Made by a program: the position numbers and the translations under genes. Under the pieces are notes generated by a model. It was not told where the DNA came from. It worked only from the letters and a program-made list of their open reading frames with translations, and searched no databases. 64,000 nucleotides of DNA from Nitrospirales bacterium. GTDB lineage: Bacteria; Nitrospirota; Nitrospiria; Nitrospirales; UBA8639. The stretch covers positions 8,548 through 72,547 of the forward strand of contig JAHRAQ010000014.1 of the NCBI GenBank assembly GCA_020027205.1, given 5' to 3'. Below are positions 41,875-51,848 of this stretch, piece after piece. The stretch's first letter is position 1. Every line of letters starts with the position of its first letter.

Positions 41875-43629
41875 TTACATTTTTTCCGGGGCCGTGACAC
41901 CCAACAACCCAAGTCCATTTCGCAGAATCACCTGTACCTGTTTCAAAAGCACCAATCGGGCAATCGTCACCGTCCGGGACACCCGTACCGATTCATTCGA
42001 AACATCGAATGTCTCGCGGTCGTTGCATTCCGGGTCTTCGACGCCGTCACTCTGTGAAGGGAGGACCCGATGTTTGTAATAAAAAACGTGGAGCAACCCC
42101 GCAAGTTCCTGCAGATAAAACGTGATACGATGCGGGGCCAACTCCCTGGCGCTGGCTTCAAGCATGCCGGGAAACCCGGACAAATGTTTGATCAGCCGAA
42201 TTTCTTCAGGCTGCCGCAACGCGGCCAGCGAGGCCTCGCCAACAGCGGGAACCGGCACCCCCCGGTCGCGAGCGGTCCTGAACAAACTGACGAGCCGCGC
42301 ATGAGCATACTGGACATAATACACGGGGTTTTCGGCGGACTGTTGTTTCGCCAATTCCAGGTCGAATTCAAGATGCGTGTCGGAACGACGCATCAGAAAA
42401 AAAAATTTCGCGGCATCGGCGCCCACTTCATCAACCACGCCCCGGAGCGTGACAAATTCTCCGGCCCGTTTGGACATTTCAATGGTTTTGCCTCCACGCA
42501 ACAACCGCACCATTTGGACCAGAACCACCCGCAAGCGCTCTTTGGCATGACCAAAAGCCTGAATCGCGGCCTGCATGCGCGGGACGTATCCATGATGATC
42601 CGCGCCCCAAACATTAATCAGCCAATCGTACCCTCGGCGCAGTTTGTCAAAATGGTAGGCGATGTCTGAAGCCAAATAGGTATAGTGCCCATCCTGTTTG
42701 CAGACCACGCGGTCTTTTTCATCCTGAAATTGCGAAGACCGGAACCATGTCGCGCCGTCTTTGGCAAACACCAGACCGCGCTGTTCGAGATCGGCCAGAG
42801 CTTCCCGTATTTTCCCCGAAGAAAACAGCGAGGCTTCGCTGTACCAGGTCTCAAACTCCACGCCGAATCGCACCAGATCTTCCCGAATCTCCCGCACAAG
42901 TTTTTGAGCGGCCAACTCGCCGCACGTTCGCCGCGCATCTTCGGGACCGGCGGTCAACAGACGGTCACCCTGTTCTTGCACCACGGCCTGGGTCAGATCC
43001 TTCAGATAGTCTCCGTGATAACCATCCTCGGGCACAACACATTCCCGGCCGTGCATTGCAAGATAACGCGCATACACGGAATCGGCCAGCAATTTCATCT
43101 GACGACCGGCATCGTTGATATAATATTCTTTATCCACCGCATAACCGGATGACTTCAGCAATCGGGCCAGCGCTTCGCCAAGAGCGGCGCCGCGTCCATG
43201 CCCCATATGGAGCGGGCCGGTGGGATTGGCGCTGACAAACTCCAGCAAGACACGTTGCCCCCGTCCGACATCACTGTGCCCGTATCGGTCGCCCATGCGT
43301 TCAATGGCTTCAAGCACGGCAAACCAACAGTCCGGTCGAAGCGTGACATTTAAAAATCCCGGCGGGGCGACCGACACCGTTTTCACAAGAGGGCACGTGG
43401 TTTTGAGTTGCTCGGCGATCACCTGCGCCACTTCGAGCGGAGACCGGTTTTCCTGTTTCGCGACGACCATGGCCACGCCGGACGACAAATCCCCCCATTC
43501 TTCCTTCCTGGGAAAGTCAACGGCAGGACGCGGGAAGCATGTTGATTGCAACAATCCCCGCTCCCGAGCCTGCAACAGGGCGCCGGCGATGGCGGAACTC
43601 ACCTGTTCTTGAACAATTCCAATAGCCAT
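41875..43629 (-). CDS. argS: Arginyl-tRNA synthetase
   Basis: EFVSANPTGPLHMGHGR (HIGH region), MSKRAGEFV (KMSKS-like), C-terminal anticodon-binding domain ending in M; start at MAIGIV (43629). Confidence 0.9.
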   Translation of the reverse strand: MAIGIVQEQVSSAIAGALLQARERGLLQSTCFPRPAVDFPRKEEWGDLSSGVAMVVAKQENRSPLEVAQVIAEQLKTTCPLVKTVSVAPPGFLNVTLRPDCWFAVLEAIERMGDRYGHSDVGRGQRVLLEFVSANPTGPLHMGHGRGAALGEALARLLKSSGYAVDKEYYINDAGRQMKLLADSVYARYLAMHGRECVVPEDGYHGDYLKDLTQAVVQEQGDRLLTAGPEDARRTCGELAAQKLVREIREDLVRFGVEFETWYSEASLFSSGKIREALADLEQRGLVFAKDGATWFRSSQFQDEKDRVVCKQDGHYTYLASDIAYHFDKLRRGYDWLINVWGADHHGYVPRMQAAIQAFGHAKERLRVVLVQMVRLLRGGKTIEMSKRAGEFVTLRGVVDEVGADAAKFFFLMRRSDTHLEFDLELAKQQSAENPVYYVQYAHARLVSLFRTARDRGVPVPAVGEASLAALRQPEEIRLIKHLSGFPGMLEASARELAPHRITFYLQELAGLLHVFYYKHRVLPSQSDGVEDPECNDRETFDVSNESVRVSRTVTIARLVLLKQVQVILRNGLGLLGVTAPEKM

Positions 43630-43649
43630 GATGTGCCCATCGCAAAGAA

Positions 43650-44762
43650 TCAGGAAGCACGGGAAAGGCGGGGTGGGAATGTACCACAGCCTTTTGGGGC
43701 CTGACAAACCACAGGATGCTTCGTGAACCGCCTCACCGACGTCGGTTGCGCAGGCTTCGGCCTGACGGACGCCAGTTGCGTTTTGACGATCCCCTGCAAT
43801 GCGTCAACCGAATGGGTCAAACAGACACGATCCCGGCATTGCCGAACCTGCGACCATGCCCGGCACCGACACACAGGGCCTTGTCGCACGACAACGTGCG
43901 CGCCGGGCGGCCGCCATTGCGCGGGATTCGTCGGACCAAAGATCGCCACGGTGGGCACCCCCAGGGCGGCGGCCAGATGCGTCAAACCGGAGTCATGCCC
44001 AAGAAACACATCCGCGCGGGTCAGCGAACAAGCCATTGCTTCAAGGGTTTTCCCGCGAAGCATCTCATGAGGCGTCTCACCGACGACATGCAGAAGACGC
44101 CCCGCGGCATCGCGATCGGCGGGGCCTTCACAGATGACCACCCTGATCGCGGCATCCCGTGCCAGGGCATGTACAAGACGGCCCAGTGGTTCGCAGGGAA
44201 GACATTTGTGCGGACTGCCGCTGCCGGGATGGAGAAAGACCGTGCGAGCGACACGCTCATCACAATGACCGTCGACAGATTCCGACCCGGGCATCGTCAA
44301 GAGAGCAAAGGGTATCCTTCCACCCTTCACGTGACTTTGTGCGCGCAAGGTTTCCATGTATCGTTCCGACATATGACACGATTGCAACCCGGTATCATAC
44401 GGCGACAGGAGCCGGACATGCGGAATGCCAAGATTTCGAAAACGGCGCGCCAGGGCGGCGCCTTCGTCCCGGAGCCATCCCACCACATGCGTCGTTTGGG
44501 ACAGCGTTTCCCGAATCGAAACCGGCAAGGCGGAATCTTCGCCATACAATGCCGTCAGCGCCGCCCCCTCCGTACTCCACGCTTGATCGACTTCTCCGCA
44601 AATCCGCAGCAACCGGCCAATCTTGTTTTGCGCGACGAGCACCAACGCATGAGACGCAAACCTTCGGCGCATCATCCTGATCGCCGGCAGAGCCAGCAGC
44701 ACGTCCCCCAACGCCCCGGGATGGATGATCAACACATACCGCCGTATTGCCGAATCGTTCAT
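43650..44762 (-). CDS. Glycosyltransferase family 9 (heptosyltransferase-like)
   Basis: RRYVLIIHPGALGDVLLALPAIRMMRRRF N-terminus and C-terminal FLGHDSGLTHLAAALGVPTVAIFGPT. Confidence 0.75.
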   Translation of the reverse strand: MNDSAIRRYVLIIHPGALGDVLLALPAIRMMRRRFASHALVLVAQNKIGRLLRICGEVDQAWSTEGAALTALYGEDSALPVSIRETLSQTTHVVGWLRDEGAALARRFRNLGIPHVRLLSPYDTGLQSCHMSERYMETLRAQSHVKGGRIPFALLTMPGSESVDGHCDERVARTVFLHPGSGSPHKCLPCEPLGRLVHALARDAAIRVVICEGPADRDAAGRLLHVVGETPHEMLRGKTLEAMACSLTRADVFLGHDSGLTHLAAALGVPTVAIFGPTNPAQWRPPGAHVVVRQGPVCRCRAWSQVRQCRDRVCLTHSVDALQGIVKTQLASVRPKPAQPTSVRRFTKHPVVCQAPKGCGTFPPRLSRAS

Positions 44763-45376
44763 GAACGGGGACGAGAGACGGGAGCAACACTCCGGGCAAA
44801 TTCAACGTCATCCGGCGAGTTCACATTCAGAAAAGAAAGAAGTTGCGGGTTCAACCTCTTCATTTCCACTTCGGGAAGACGATGGACGTTGAGACCCGGT
44901 TGATCCGCAAGATGCCGAAGACAAAAATCCTTTGCGTCCATCATGGCCTTGACACATGGAACGCATCGTTTGGAGTACACGGCATGCAGCGGCTGAAGGC
45001 CATGTTCCAACTCGGCCAGCACAACGTCGGCTTCCGGGGCAACGTTCACGCAATATGAAACGACGTCCGGATCCAGAAACGGCATATCGCAGGCCGCGAC
45101 AAAAATTCGAGGATGGCGGGCATGATACAGCCCCGAATACAGCCCTCCCACGGCCGCGCACCCCGGTACAACATCCGTGACCATGGTAATTCTCTCGTCC
45201 GGCTTTTCCAAATCCTCTTCGGCCAACACAAGCAACACTTCCGGAAAGAGATTAAGAAAAACGGACAGGACCCTGTCCAAAAGAGGTTGGCCATGAATGG
45301 AGATCCGCCGTTTATCCGTCCCCATTCTCCGGCTTTTTCCGCCAGCCAGGACCACGCCGGAAATTTCCCGAAGCAT
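44759..45376 (-). CDS. mobA: Molybdenum cofactor guanylyltransferase
   Basis: GVVLAGGKSRRMGTDK...VACDMPFL. Confidence 0.8.
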   Translation of the reverse strand: MLREISGVVLAGGKSRRMGTDKRRISIHGQPLLDRVLSVFLNLFPEVLLVLAEEDLEKPDERITMVTDVVPGCAAVGGLYSGLYHARHPRIFVAACDMPFLDPDVVSYCVNVAPEADVVLAELEHGLQPLHAVYSKRCVPCVKAMMDAKDFCLRHLADQPGLNVHRLPEVEMKRLNPQLLSFLNVNSPDDVEFARSVAPVSRPRS

Positions 45377-45395
45377 CGTCGGTCGATCACATCAT

Positions 45396-45424
45396 AAAAA
45401 AAGGGGGTGGATGTCTCCACCCCC
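45396..45424 (-). terminator. Rho-independent terminator (GGGGGTGGA-gaca-TCCACCCCC followed by T7 on the - strand)
   Basis: Perfect 9-bp GC stem plus U-run, 48 nt after the stop at 45472; a second hairpin GGCACAGA...TCTGTGCC lies at 45441-45466. Confidence 0.75.
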
Positions 45425-45471
45425 TTGAACGCCATGGACAGGCACAGAAGACGCGGCCTCTGTGCCCGGCA

Positions 45472-47295
45472 TTACACCTGGCCGCCGGCCTTCCTTCTGT
45501 TCGCCCGCCGGCCCAACACCCAGCCTTCCACAATAATGACTCCCAGCATGATAAACGCCGGATAGATATACGTCGCCGTCGGAATCGGCGGCTCCATCAC
45601 CAGATAGTAAAACGCGGAGACCGCCATCTTGCGACCCACATCCCCATTGTGTCCATCCCAGGCGAAAAAGACCATCGGGATATACTTGCCGCCTTCCAGG
45701 TAGGCCACTTCATCGTAATCGCCCTTGAGCGGCCGCTTCAGAATGACGGTCCACCGTCCGTGTGACCATTCGGCTTTGACGACCTCCACTTCTTCGGCAA
45801 AATCCACCTCGGTGAAATCCTCATCCCAGCCGGTACCTTCATAGACCGCCACGGTACCGTCCGCCGTCCATTTCGTAATATCAACGGGAAACGTTTCGTC
45901 ACCCCAGAAATACCGTGGTTTGCGCGGCGCGGGCAACTCCTGCCACTTGATCGGAAATTGGAACGCAATGCCGTCGTTGTACACCGCATACCGGTTCTGT
46001 TTCGCAGCAATGGATTCTTTATGGAAAGGATCTTTGTCAAACGACGATCCCAAGGGAGTTTGCTCCCGCACCCCGTAATCGTCCAGGTTCACTTCCGTCG
46101 GATCCCAGTCCATTTCCCCTTCCTGCATACTCTTGGTACGGTCGTTCCACCGGAACAAAAACTCAATATGCGTCTCGTTGTACAACGCCTGAACCCACAC
46201 GTCATCAATCCGATTCACAAAATTGCGCGGCTTATGGGTAATTTGCCCGCCCATGGCAATCCACCGCCGCCGGATGAGATTCCACCGCTCATCATCCGCC
46301 TCCGTGGGCAGATCGCCTTCCACGAATTTCGACGGAATCACGAAGTTGCTCTTGGGCTTGTCCGTCAACGGATCAATCGGTAACGCCTCCCCGTCCGCCA
46401 GTTGTTGCGCCGTGTCCCCCGAGACCTGCCCCTCCGGAACGGCAATGTCCATGACACGCTCGCACAACGAATTCACATAATTGGCAATATCCCATCGTTC
46501 ATCCACGCTCGTGTTATCGGCAAACGACGGCATCGGCGTGCCGTTCAACCCCGTTGAGAAGGTGCGAAAAATATTCTCCACGTTGTAGGGGTCCTGCCGA
46601 CTCCCCCGGAAATTCCAGCATTTATGCCAGTCCGCCGGTTGAATGGGAAAGCCCCAGTCATCCTTTAAATTAAACGCATTGCCGTCACCGCGCCCTTCCA
46701 GGCCGTGACATTCGATGCACTTTTTCTCCACCACCAACTCCGACCCCCGCTGGATGGATTCCGACGTTGCGTCTTTCGGGGACAATGACTCCAAATCCAG
46801 CACAAAAAACTCTTCAAACTCTTCATCCTGCCAACTCCTGTCCTCCACCAACTGCGTGGTCACAAACGCCAGCACGTCCCGGCGCTGCTGGTCGGTCAAA
46901 ATCCCCTCCCAGGGCGGCATGGCCGACCCCGGCAACCCATGGCTCACCGTGTCGAACAAATCCACGTCAATCAGCGGCAACTGCCCGCTCGCCGTATGCC
47001 GAATCTTGAACGTCCCGACGTTGAAATTCCGCGGCCTCGGCCACAAGCGCACCGCGCCCGGCCCGTCTCCGGCCCCGTCAACTCCGTGACACCAGACACA
47101 TTTCGTGAAATACACGCGCTTGCCCGCTTCAACGCTTTCCGCCGCGGGCGCCTGCGGCAGTCCCTGCGCGACAAACCCTTCCGGAAGTTCCTCCTGTGCC
47201 CACCCGCTTCCGGTCATACCCGGCCACATGCCCGCCCCCGCAAGCATCCCCCAGCATGCCGCTGTGACGGTGGCGATTTTCATCGTGCGCATCAT
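45472..47295 (-). CDS. Exported diheme cytochrome c fused to an EB_dh/DOMON-like (NxrC/EbdC-type heme-b) domain, C-terminal TM anchor
   Basis: Signal peptide MMRTMKIATVTAACWGMLAGAG; CVWCHG and CIECHG; C-terminal half DDVWVQALYNETHIEFLFRWND...NDGIAFQFP...GRWTVILKRPL...FAWDGHNGDVG resembles the EB_dh family; final hydrophobic helix + RRANRRK. Confidence 0.65.
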   Translation of the reverse strand: MMRTMKIATVTAACWGMLAGAGMWPGMTGSGWAQEELPEGFVAQGLPQAPAAESVEAGKRVYFTKCVWCHGVDGAGDGPGAVRLWPRPRNFNVGTFKIRHTASGQLPLIDVDLFDTVSHGLPGSAMPPWEGILTDQQRRDVLAFVTTQLVEDRSWQDEEFEEFFVLDLESLSPKDATSESIQRGSELVVEKKCIECHGLEGRGDGNAFNLKDDWGFPIQPADWHKCWNFRGSRQDPYNVENIFRTFSTGLNGTPMPSFADNTSVDERWDIANYVNSLCERVMDIAVPEGQVSGDTAQQLADGEALPIDPLTDKPKSNFVIPSKFVEGDLPTEADDERWNLIRRRWIAMGGQITHKPRNFVNRIDDVWVQALYNETHIEFLFRWNDRTKSMQEGEMDWDPTEVNLDDYGVREQTPLGSSFDKDPFHKESIAAKQNRYAVYNDGIAFQFPIKWQELPAPRKPRYFWGDETFPVDITKWTADGTVAVYEGTGWDEDFTEVDFAEEVEVVKAEWSHGRWTVILKRPLKGDYDEVAYLEGGKYIPMVFFAWDGHNGDVGRKMAVSAFYYLVMEPPIPTATYIYPAFIMLGVIIVEGWVLGRRANRRKAGGQV

Positions 47296-47355
47296 TGATT
47301 GTCCCTCTGCGTTACAAGTTCGTCCCCAAAGCCGCCACGGGCCGCCGGTCATGGG

Positions 47356-48321
47356 TTAGTCCCACGTCCGGGGGTAATACCCCGTGTGCCAGTATTCGAA
47401 CATGACCACTTTCCAGATTTCATCCACCGTCAAGTGCTGTTCCCATGGCGGCATCACCGAGGCCCAGGGGAAGCCTTCGCCCGGCAACCCGATGCCCCCC
47501 TTCGAGACGCGCCAGAACACAAACGTCTCCTGCAACTGCGCAATCGTCCCCGCATCCGTGAAATTCGCCGGAATCGGGTTAAACGCATAGGCCCACAACC
47601 CGCGGCCGTTTAAATTATCCCCGTGACAGAAATGGCAATTCTGAAAAAATATCTCCCCGCCTTCCCGCACGTACTTGATGTACCCGTCCGCGTTTGGGTC
47701 CCACGGATTGTAATTCGGATCATTCACGTCCTTCATCAACCGCCCCATGGCCTGCTCCACAATCCGGGCATCGGTGTATCCCTGATCGTAGTCTCCATCC
47801 GCATTGACCCGGTACGGATTTTCCACCACTTGCAACACGAACGTCTTCCCATGCACCTTGGTGGTCGCCGGCGGCGCCGGATGCACCGTCCGCAATTCAA
47901 TGGGTTCTTCAAAACTCGGCAGGAACGAACTGTACGCAAAGCCGCCCAGCGCCAGCGGAATCACGACCAACATGGCCGTGCGAACCGATTGATGAAAGTT
48001 AGTAATCCCGTCCATGACGTTGAGAATGGGACGCTTGAATTCCTGCCATTCCTTCTCGGACCCCGACACCCACATGAAAATCCCGCAGGCGGAGACCGTG
48101 CCGTAAATGGCGCGCACGCTGAAGGGAATGGGCGGATAAATACGGTATTTTAAATACAACTGAATGAACACAAACACGCCCACCCCCGCCCAAAATTTCG
48201 GAATCCCCATCCCGGACCGGTGAAGCGCCCAATTGACCAGGACAAACACCAAAATCGACAACCCCAACTCCGAAATCATCTGCATCGGCATGTAGCCTTC
48301 CACCAATTTCAGCCAAGTCAT
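47356..48321 (-). CDS. Membrane-anchored (about 4 TM) monoheme cytochrome c
   Basis: N-terminal TM helices; single CHFCHG; distal Met region SVMPPWE. Confidence 0.7.
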   Translation of the reverse strand: MTWLKLVEGYMPMQMISELGLSILVFVLVNWALHRSGMGIPKFWAGVGVFVFIQLYLKYRIYPPIPFSVRAIYGTVSACGIFMWVSGSEKEWQEFKRPILNVMDGITNFHQSVRTAMLVVIPLALGGFAYSSFLPSFEEPIELRTVHPAPPATTKVHGKTFVLQVVENPYRVNADGDYDQGYTDARIVEQAMGRLMKDVNDPNYNPWDPNADGYIKYVREGGEIFFQNCHFCHGDNLNGRGLWAYAFNPIPANFTDAGTIAQLQETFVFWRVSKGGIGLPGEGFPWASVMPPWEQHLTVDEIWKVVMFEYWHTGYYPRTWD

Positions 48322-48376
48322 CGTCCCTCTCTCCCGCGTTGCGAAATGACAGAATCCAAGGATTCGTCTTTCATCA

Positions 48377-49693
48377 TCAATTGAACGCTTCCAGCGCCGG
48401 CAACTCCTGCCCCTGCTTCAAACTGGACAGATAATCCACGATTTTATTGACGGCGCCGGCGCTTAATTTCTGCCCGAAATCCTTCGGCATCTGGTTGTCG
48501 GGAAAATCCTGCACCACGTACATGCTGGGATTTAAAATCGACTCCGTGATGTATTCGCGGGTCGACTGTGCGTGGCCCTTGTAAGCCGGATCCTTGAGCC
48601 TTTGCGGCGCATTGCTGCCTTCAAGCAACAGGGGGCCCACTTTTCCGGTGGCGCCTTCAATGCCGGGAATTGTGTGACAGGCGGGACACCCCGCTTTCAT
48701 AAAGAGATCGGTGATCGGCTCCTCTCCGGTGGCCAGCACGCCCCCCGCCGCCGCGTCATCGCCCTCACTCGCCTGTGGCCGGTCCGCCTCGGGAACAAAT
48801 TTCTCATAGGAGACTTCAATTTCATCGTACGTCGGCGCCTCCATCCCCTGGCGCACGTACAACCAAGTGTCCACCGCCGCCAACTCTCCAAGGGTCAGCG
48901 AAATCGGCGGCTTGTGAATTCTGGGCATGGGGCTTTCCGTGTCGTTGGTGCCTTTCACGCCAAATCCCGGCACGACAAAGCAACTCGGACAGGCATGGGA
49001 CTCCGCAATATATTCCTGCCCGTTTGTCGCGGTCCCCGACCCGTCAAACGCCTCTTTCTGAACCGTCGGGCGAGCGGTGGGATTATCCATATAATACAAT
49101 TCGTGCTTCAACCGTTCGTGGCTTCGGTCGGGGATCCCCCAGAGATTCGGCGCGCGTTCACTTAAAAATCCCTGATTGAAGCCATGACACAGGGGGCACT
49201 GGCCTTTCCCGATCGCCCCCTGAACCTTGCTTTGCCCAAGTCCGCCAAAGATGATTTTTTCGCCCTCGTCCGCCAACTGCTGCTGGGTCATGCTTTGGAA
49301 ATCCAGTTTCACTTCCGGCGGCGGGAAGCCGCCCTCGACCTGCGGCAACCAGTTACCGTATCCGGACAACGCGGCCGCCACAAAAAACATGGCCCCCCCG
49401 ATTTTCATGAGGGCCCCGATATTGGTGAAATAGATGCCCATGATGTACGTCAGGCAGGTGATCATGACCAACGACACCGGCAGCAGACGGCTTTCCCCGT
49501 AAAAATTGTTTTTGTAATTCGCAATGGCGATAAAGGCCAGGAAGACACACAACATGCCGATGCCCGTCTTGAAGAGGGCGTTCTTCCTTTGAACCGGGTC
49601 CGTGATGCGGACCTGGCAATACACCAGAAGCCCCGTCAAAAAGGCAAACGCCGGCCATCCAATTGAGATGGCTTCCGTAATGAGTTCACCCAC
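48377..49693 (-). CDS. Membrane-anchored (about 4 TM) diheme cytochrome c
   Basis: CPLCHG and CPACHT motifs; GTG start with GGAGGAGG 4 nt upstream. Confidence 0.7.
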   Translation of the reverse strand: MGELITEAISIGWPAFAFLTGLLVYCQVRITDPVQRKNALFKTGIGMLCVFLAFIAIANYKNNFYGESRLLPVSLVMITCLTYIMGIYFTNIGALMKIGGAMFFVAAALSGYGNWLPQVEGGFPPPEVKLDFQSMTQQQLADEGEKIIFGGLGQSKVQGAIGKGQCPLCHGFNQGFLSERAPNLWGIPDRSHERLKHELYYMDNPTARPTVQKEAFDGSGTATNGQEYIAESHACPSCFVVPGFGVKGTNDTESPMPRIHKPPISLTLGELAAVDTWLYVRQGMEAPTYDEIEVSYEKFVPEADRPQASEGDDAAAGGVLATGEEPITDLFMKAGCPACHTIPGIEGATGKVGPLLLEGSNAPQRLKDPAYKGHAQSTREYITESILNPSMYVVQDFPDNQMPKDFGQKLSAGAVNKIVDYLSSLKQGQELPALEAFN

Positions 49694-49713
49694 CGTCCTC
49701 CTCCAATCACAAA

Positions 49714-49747
49714 GTCACCCCGACCCTGCATTCAAGGTCGGGGTGAC
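49714..49747 (-). other. Intercistronic perfect 12-bp stem-loop (GTCACCCCGACC-10 nt-GGTCGGGGTGAC)
   Basis: Sits between the bd-like gene stop (49786) and the next cytochrome c start (49693). Confidence 0.6.
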
Positions 49748-49785
49748 TTCGCCCTAGTCGGTATCGTTGATGTGCCACGTCACGA

Positions 49786-51750
49786 TCAATAATGGCTTGT
49801 GGCCGGTTGCGGCGCGCCCCCCGGAACAGGCTGCATCGCCGGAACGGGCGCCTTCTTCGCGCCCAGCGCACCCAGCCAGAAGACAAAGAGAATCGTAATC
49901 CAGAAGAACAGCACGTTAAAGGAAATCACATTGGCCCCGAATCCGATGGTATGGGTATAGGCCCAGGGCGAGTTGTCACGCATAATCTCATTGACGTGCC
50001 AAAACAACCTGACCGAAGACCGGATATACCCCATCAATCCCATCATCCACGTAAAGGCCGTGGCCAGCATAATCAGGGCATATTGCGAACGGGGCGCGAT
50101 CTGACCCCACCGAATCGGCCCAAGTTCCCTGGACTGCCTTAACATCGCCAGATTCAACGCCGACCCGATAAAGAGACAGGACAGCGTTCCGGCAACCTGT
50201 GGAATGGAGAGTCCTATTCGCACGTTGGCGGGGATGAAATACCCGTAACAGGCCACCCAGATGTTATTGAGATGGGCCACGACAAAGAACGTGATCAGAA
50301 AAATATTGCCGAACTTCGCCCATTTCACCGCCGGCACCCGATTGCCGCGCTGATACCAGATGAAACTGGCGATCGTGGTCATGATGATCGCGTTAATGCC
50401 GCCGTTCTTCGCGGACATCACGCCATAGTTCCCCAGCACCGGATGCTGCTGACCGCCCATGGCTTTTAACTCGGCCGGCGTCATGACAATGGTGTGAGGC
50501 GTGATAAACACCAGCAGTCCCACCACGAGAATAAACACGAAATACTTGATATATCGCTGGAACCGCTCGCCCCCGGTCATGCGCCCCAGGGCCTGCCAGA
50601 GATAATAGTTCGTCGTCAAAAACAGAATGCCGATCATGGTGGCCTGAATGATAAACAACCAGGCCAGCAACCCGCCCATCAGAGTAATGCCCATCTGCTG
50701 ACGGTAGGCATACACTTCGCGCATGAGCCAGTAGCCGGCAAACGGCAGGGGAATCAAAAAGGCCACGCCGAGCGCCATCGCGATATACCCCATCCAGTCA
50801 TAGTGCGCGCGCTCTTCGTCATTCTTGGCCGACAGAAACCGGTAGGCCGCATAAGCCGCCACCACGCCGCCGCCGAAGGCCATATTTCCGAGAATCCGAT
50901 GCACGTTCAGCGGATTCCAGAGCGCCGTGTGGATGACGTGCCAGATATTCCCCAGATACCGCCCCTGCTCATCCACGCCGGCCGGCGACATCATAAAGCC
51001 GATCCAGGAATTGGCGAGGAACATCAACACCGTCCCGATCACATTCAACACCACCGACATGCTGGCATGGAGCCATTTCAGCATCCCCTCTTTCATCTTG
51101 TCCCATCCATAGTAGTAGATGTAGAGAGTGCCGCTCTCCGCCACGAACATCAGGGCATAGATATGCATGACCGGGCGGAAAATGCTGGACAGATATCCGA
51201 AGAAGGCGGGGTAGAGCGTCAGAAACGTGAAGATCAGAATGCCGCCGAGAATGGCCGTCAGCGAGTACGCCGTCAGGCTGATCTTGATAAAATCATACGC
51301 CAGTTGGTCGTACTTCTTCGCCATGGCCTTGTCTTTCGTGATCAACCCGGCGAATTCAATGCACATACAGAAAATCGGCACGGCCAGAACAAAACTGCCG
51401 TAGTACAGATGCTGCTGATTGGCGACCCAGAGCAGGACACGGCTTTCAAAGTTATAGCGCGGATAAAAGGCTTCCGTGTCCTCCGTTTTCGGCGCCGGCA
51501 TGCCGACGACGGGGCCTTCGGTTTTGTAGTAGACATCTCTCCCGACTTCGACCGGCTCCGCCTCGCCTTCCCCCTCGGCTTCTTGAGCCATCACAACATC
51601 GGGCGGCGGCCCGCCAGTCGCCGACGCGCCCCCCGCGGCCAGAGCCGGCAACGCCGTCAAAATCGGGAGCACCAACATGGCTCCCATCGCAAAGAGACCG
51701 CTGACCGCCAGAATATTTTTCCTGGTCTGTCTACTCATGAGGCGACCCAT
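49786..51750 (-). CDS. Cytochrome bd-like oxidase, CydA-related polytopic protein (paralog 1)
   Basis: QQHLYYGSF, FVAESGTLYIYYYGWDK, KWLH, LWNPLNVHR align by eye with E. coli CydA His19 / Glu99-Glu107 / His126 / His186 regions; long extra C-terminal TM region; AAGGAGG 6 nt upstream of ATG 51750. Confidence 0.8.
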   Translation of the reverse strand: MGRLMSRQTRKNILAVSGLFAMGAMLVLPILTALPALAAGGASATGGPPPDVVMAQEAEGEGEAEPVEVGRDVYYKTEGPVVGMPAPKTEDTEAFYPRYNFESRVLLWVANQQHLYYGSFVLAVPIFCMCIEFAGLITKDKAMAKKYDQLAYDFIKISLTAYSLTAILGGILIFTFLTLYPAFFGYLSSIFRPVMHIYALMFVAESGTLYIYYYGWDKMKEGMLKWLHASMSVVLNVIGTVLMFLANSWIGFMMSPAGVDEQGRYLGNIWHVIHTALWNPLNVHRILGNMAFGGGVVAAYAAYRFLSAKNDEERAHYDWMGYIAMALGVAFLIPLPFAGYWLMREVYAYRQQMGITLMGGLLAWLFIIQATMIGILFLTTNYYLWQALGRMTGGERFQRYIKYFVFILVVGLLVFITPHTIVMTPAELKAMGGQQHPVLGNYGVMSAKNGGINAIIMTTIASFIWYQRGNRVPAVKWAKFGNIFLITFFVVAHLNNIWVACYGYFIPANVRIGLSIPQVAGTLSCLFIGSALNLAMLRQSRELGPIRWGQIAPRSQYALIMLATAFTWMMGLMGYIRSSVRLFWHVNEIMRDNSPWAYTHTIGFGANVISFNVLFFWITILFVFWLGALGAKKAPVPAMQPVPGGAPQPATSHY

Positions 51751-51848
51751 GACCAACCTCCTTCTTGGCGTGGAAAGGCTCAATGGAAAGGCTCAAACAC
51801 CCGAAGCCCGGGGATTGCCCGGCTTGAGAAGCCACCGGAGACATGGCC

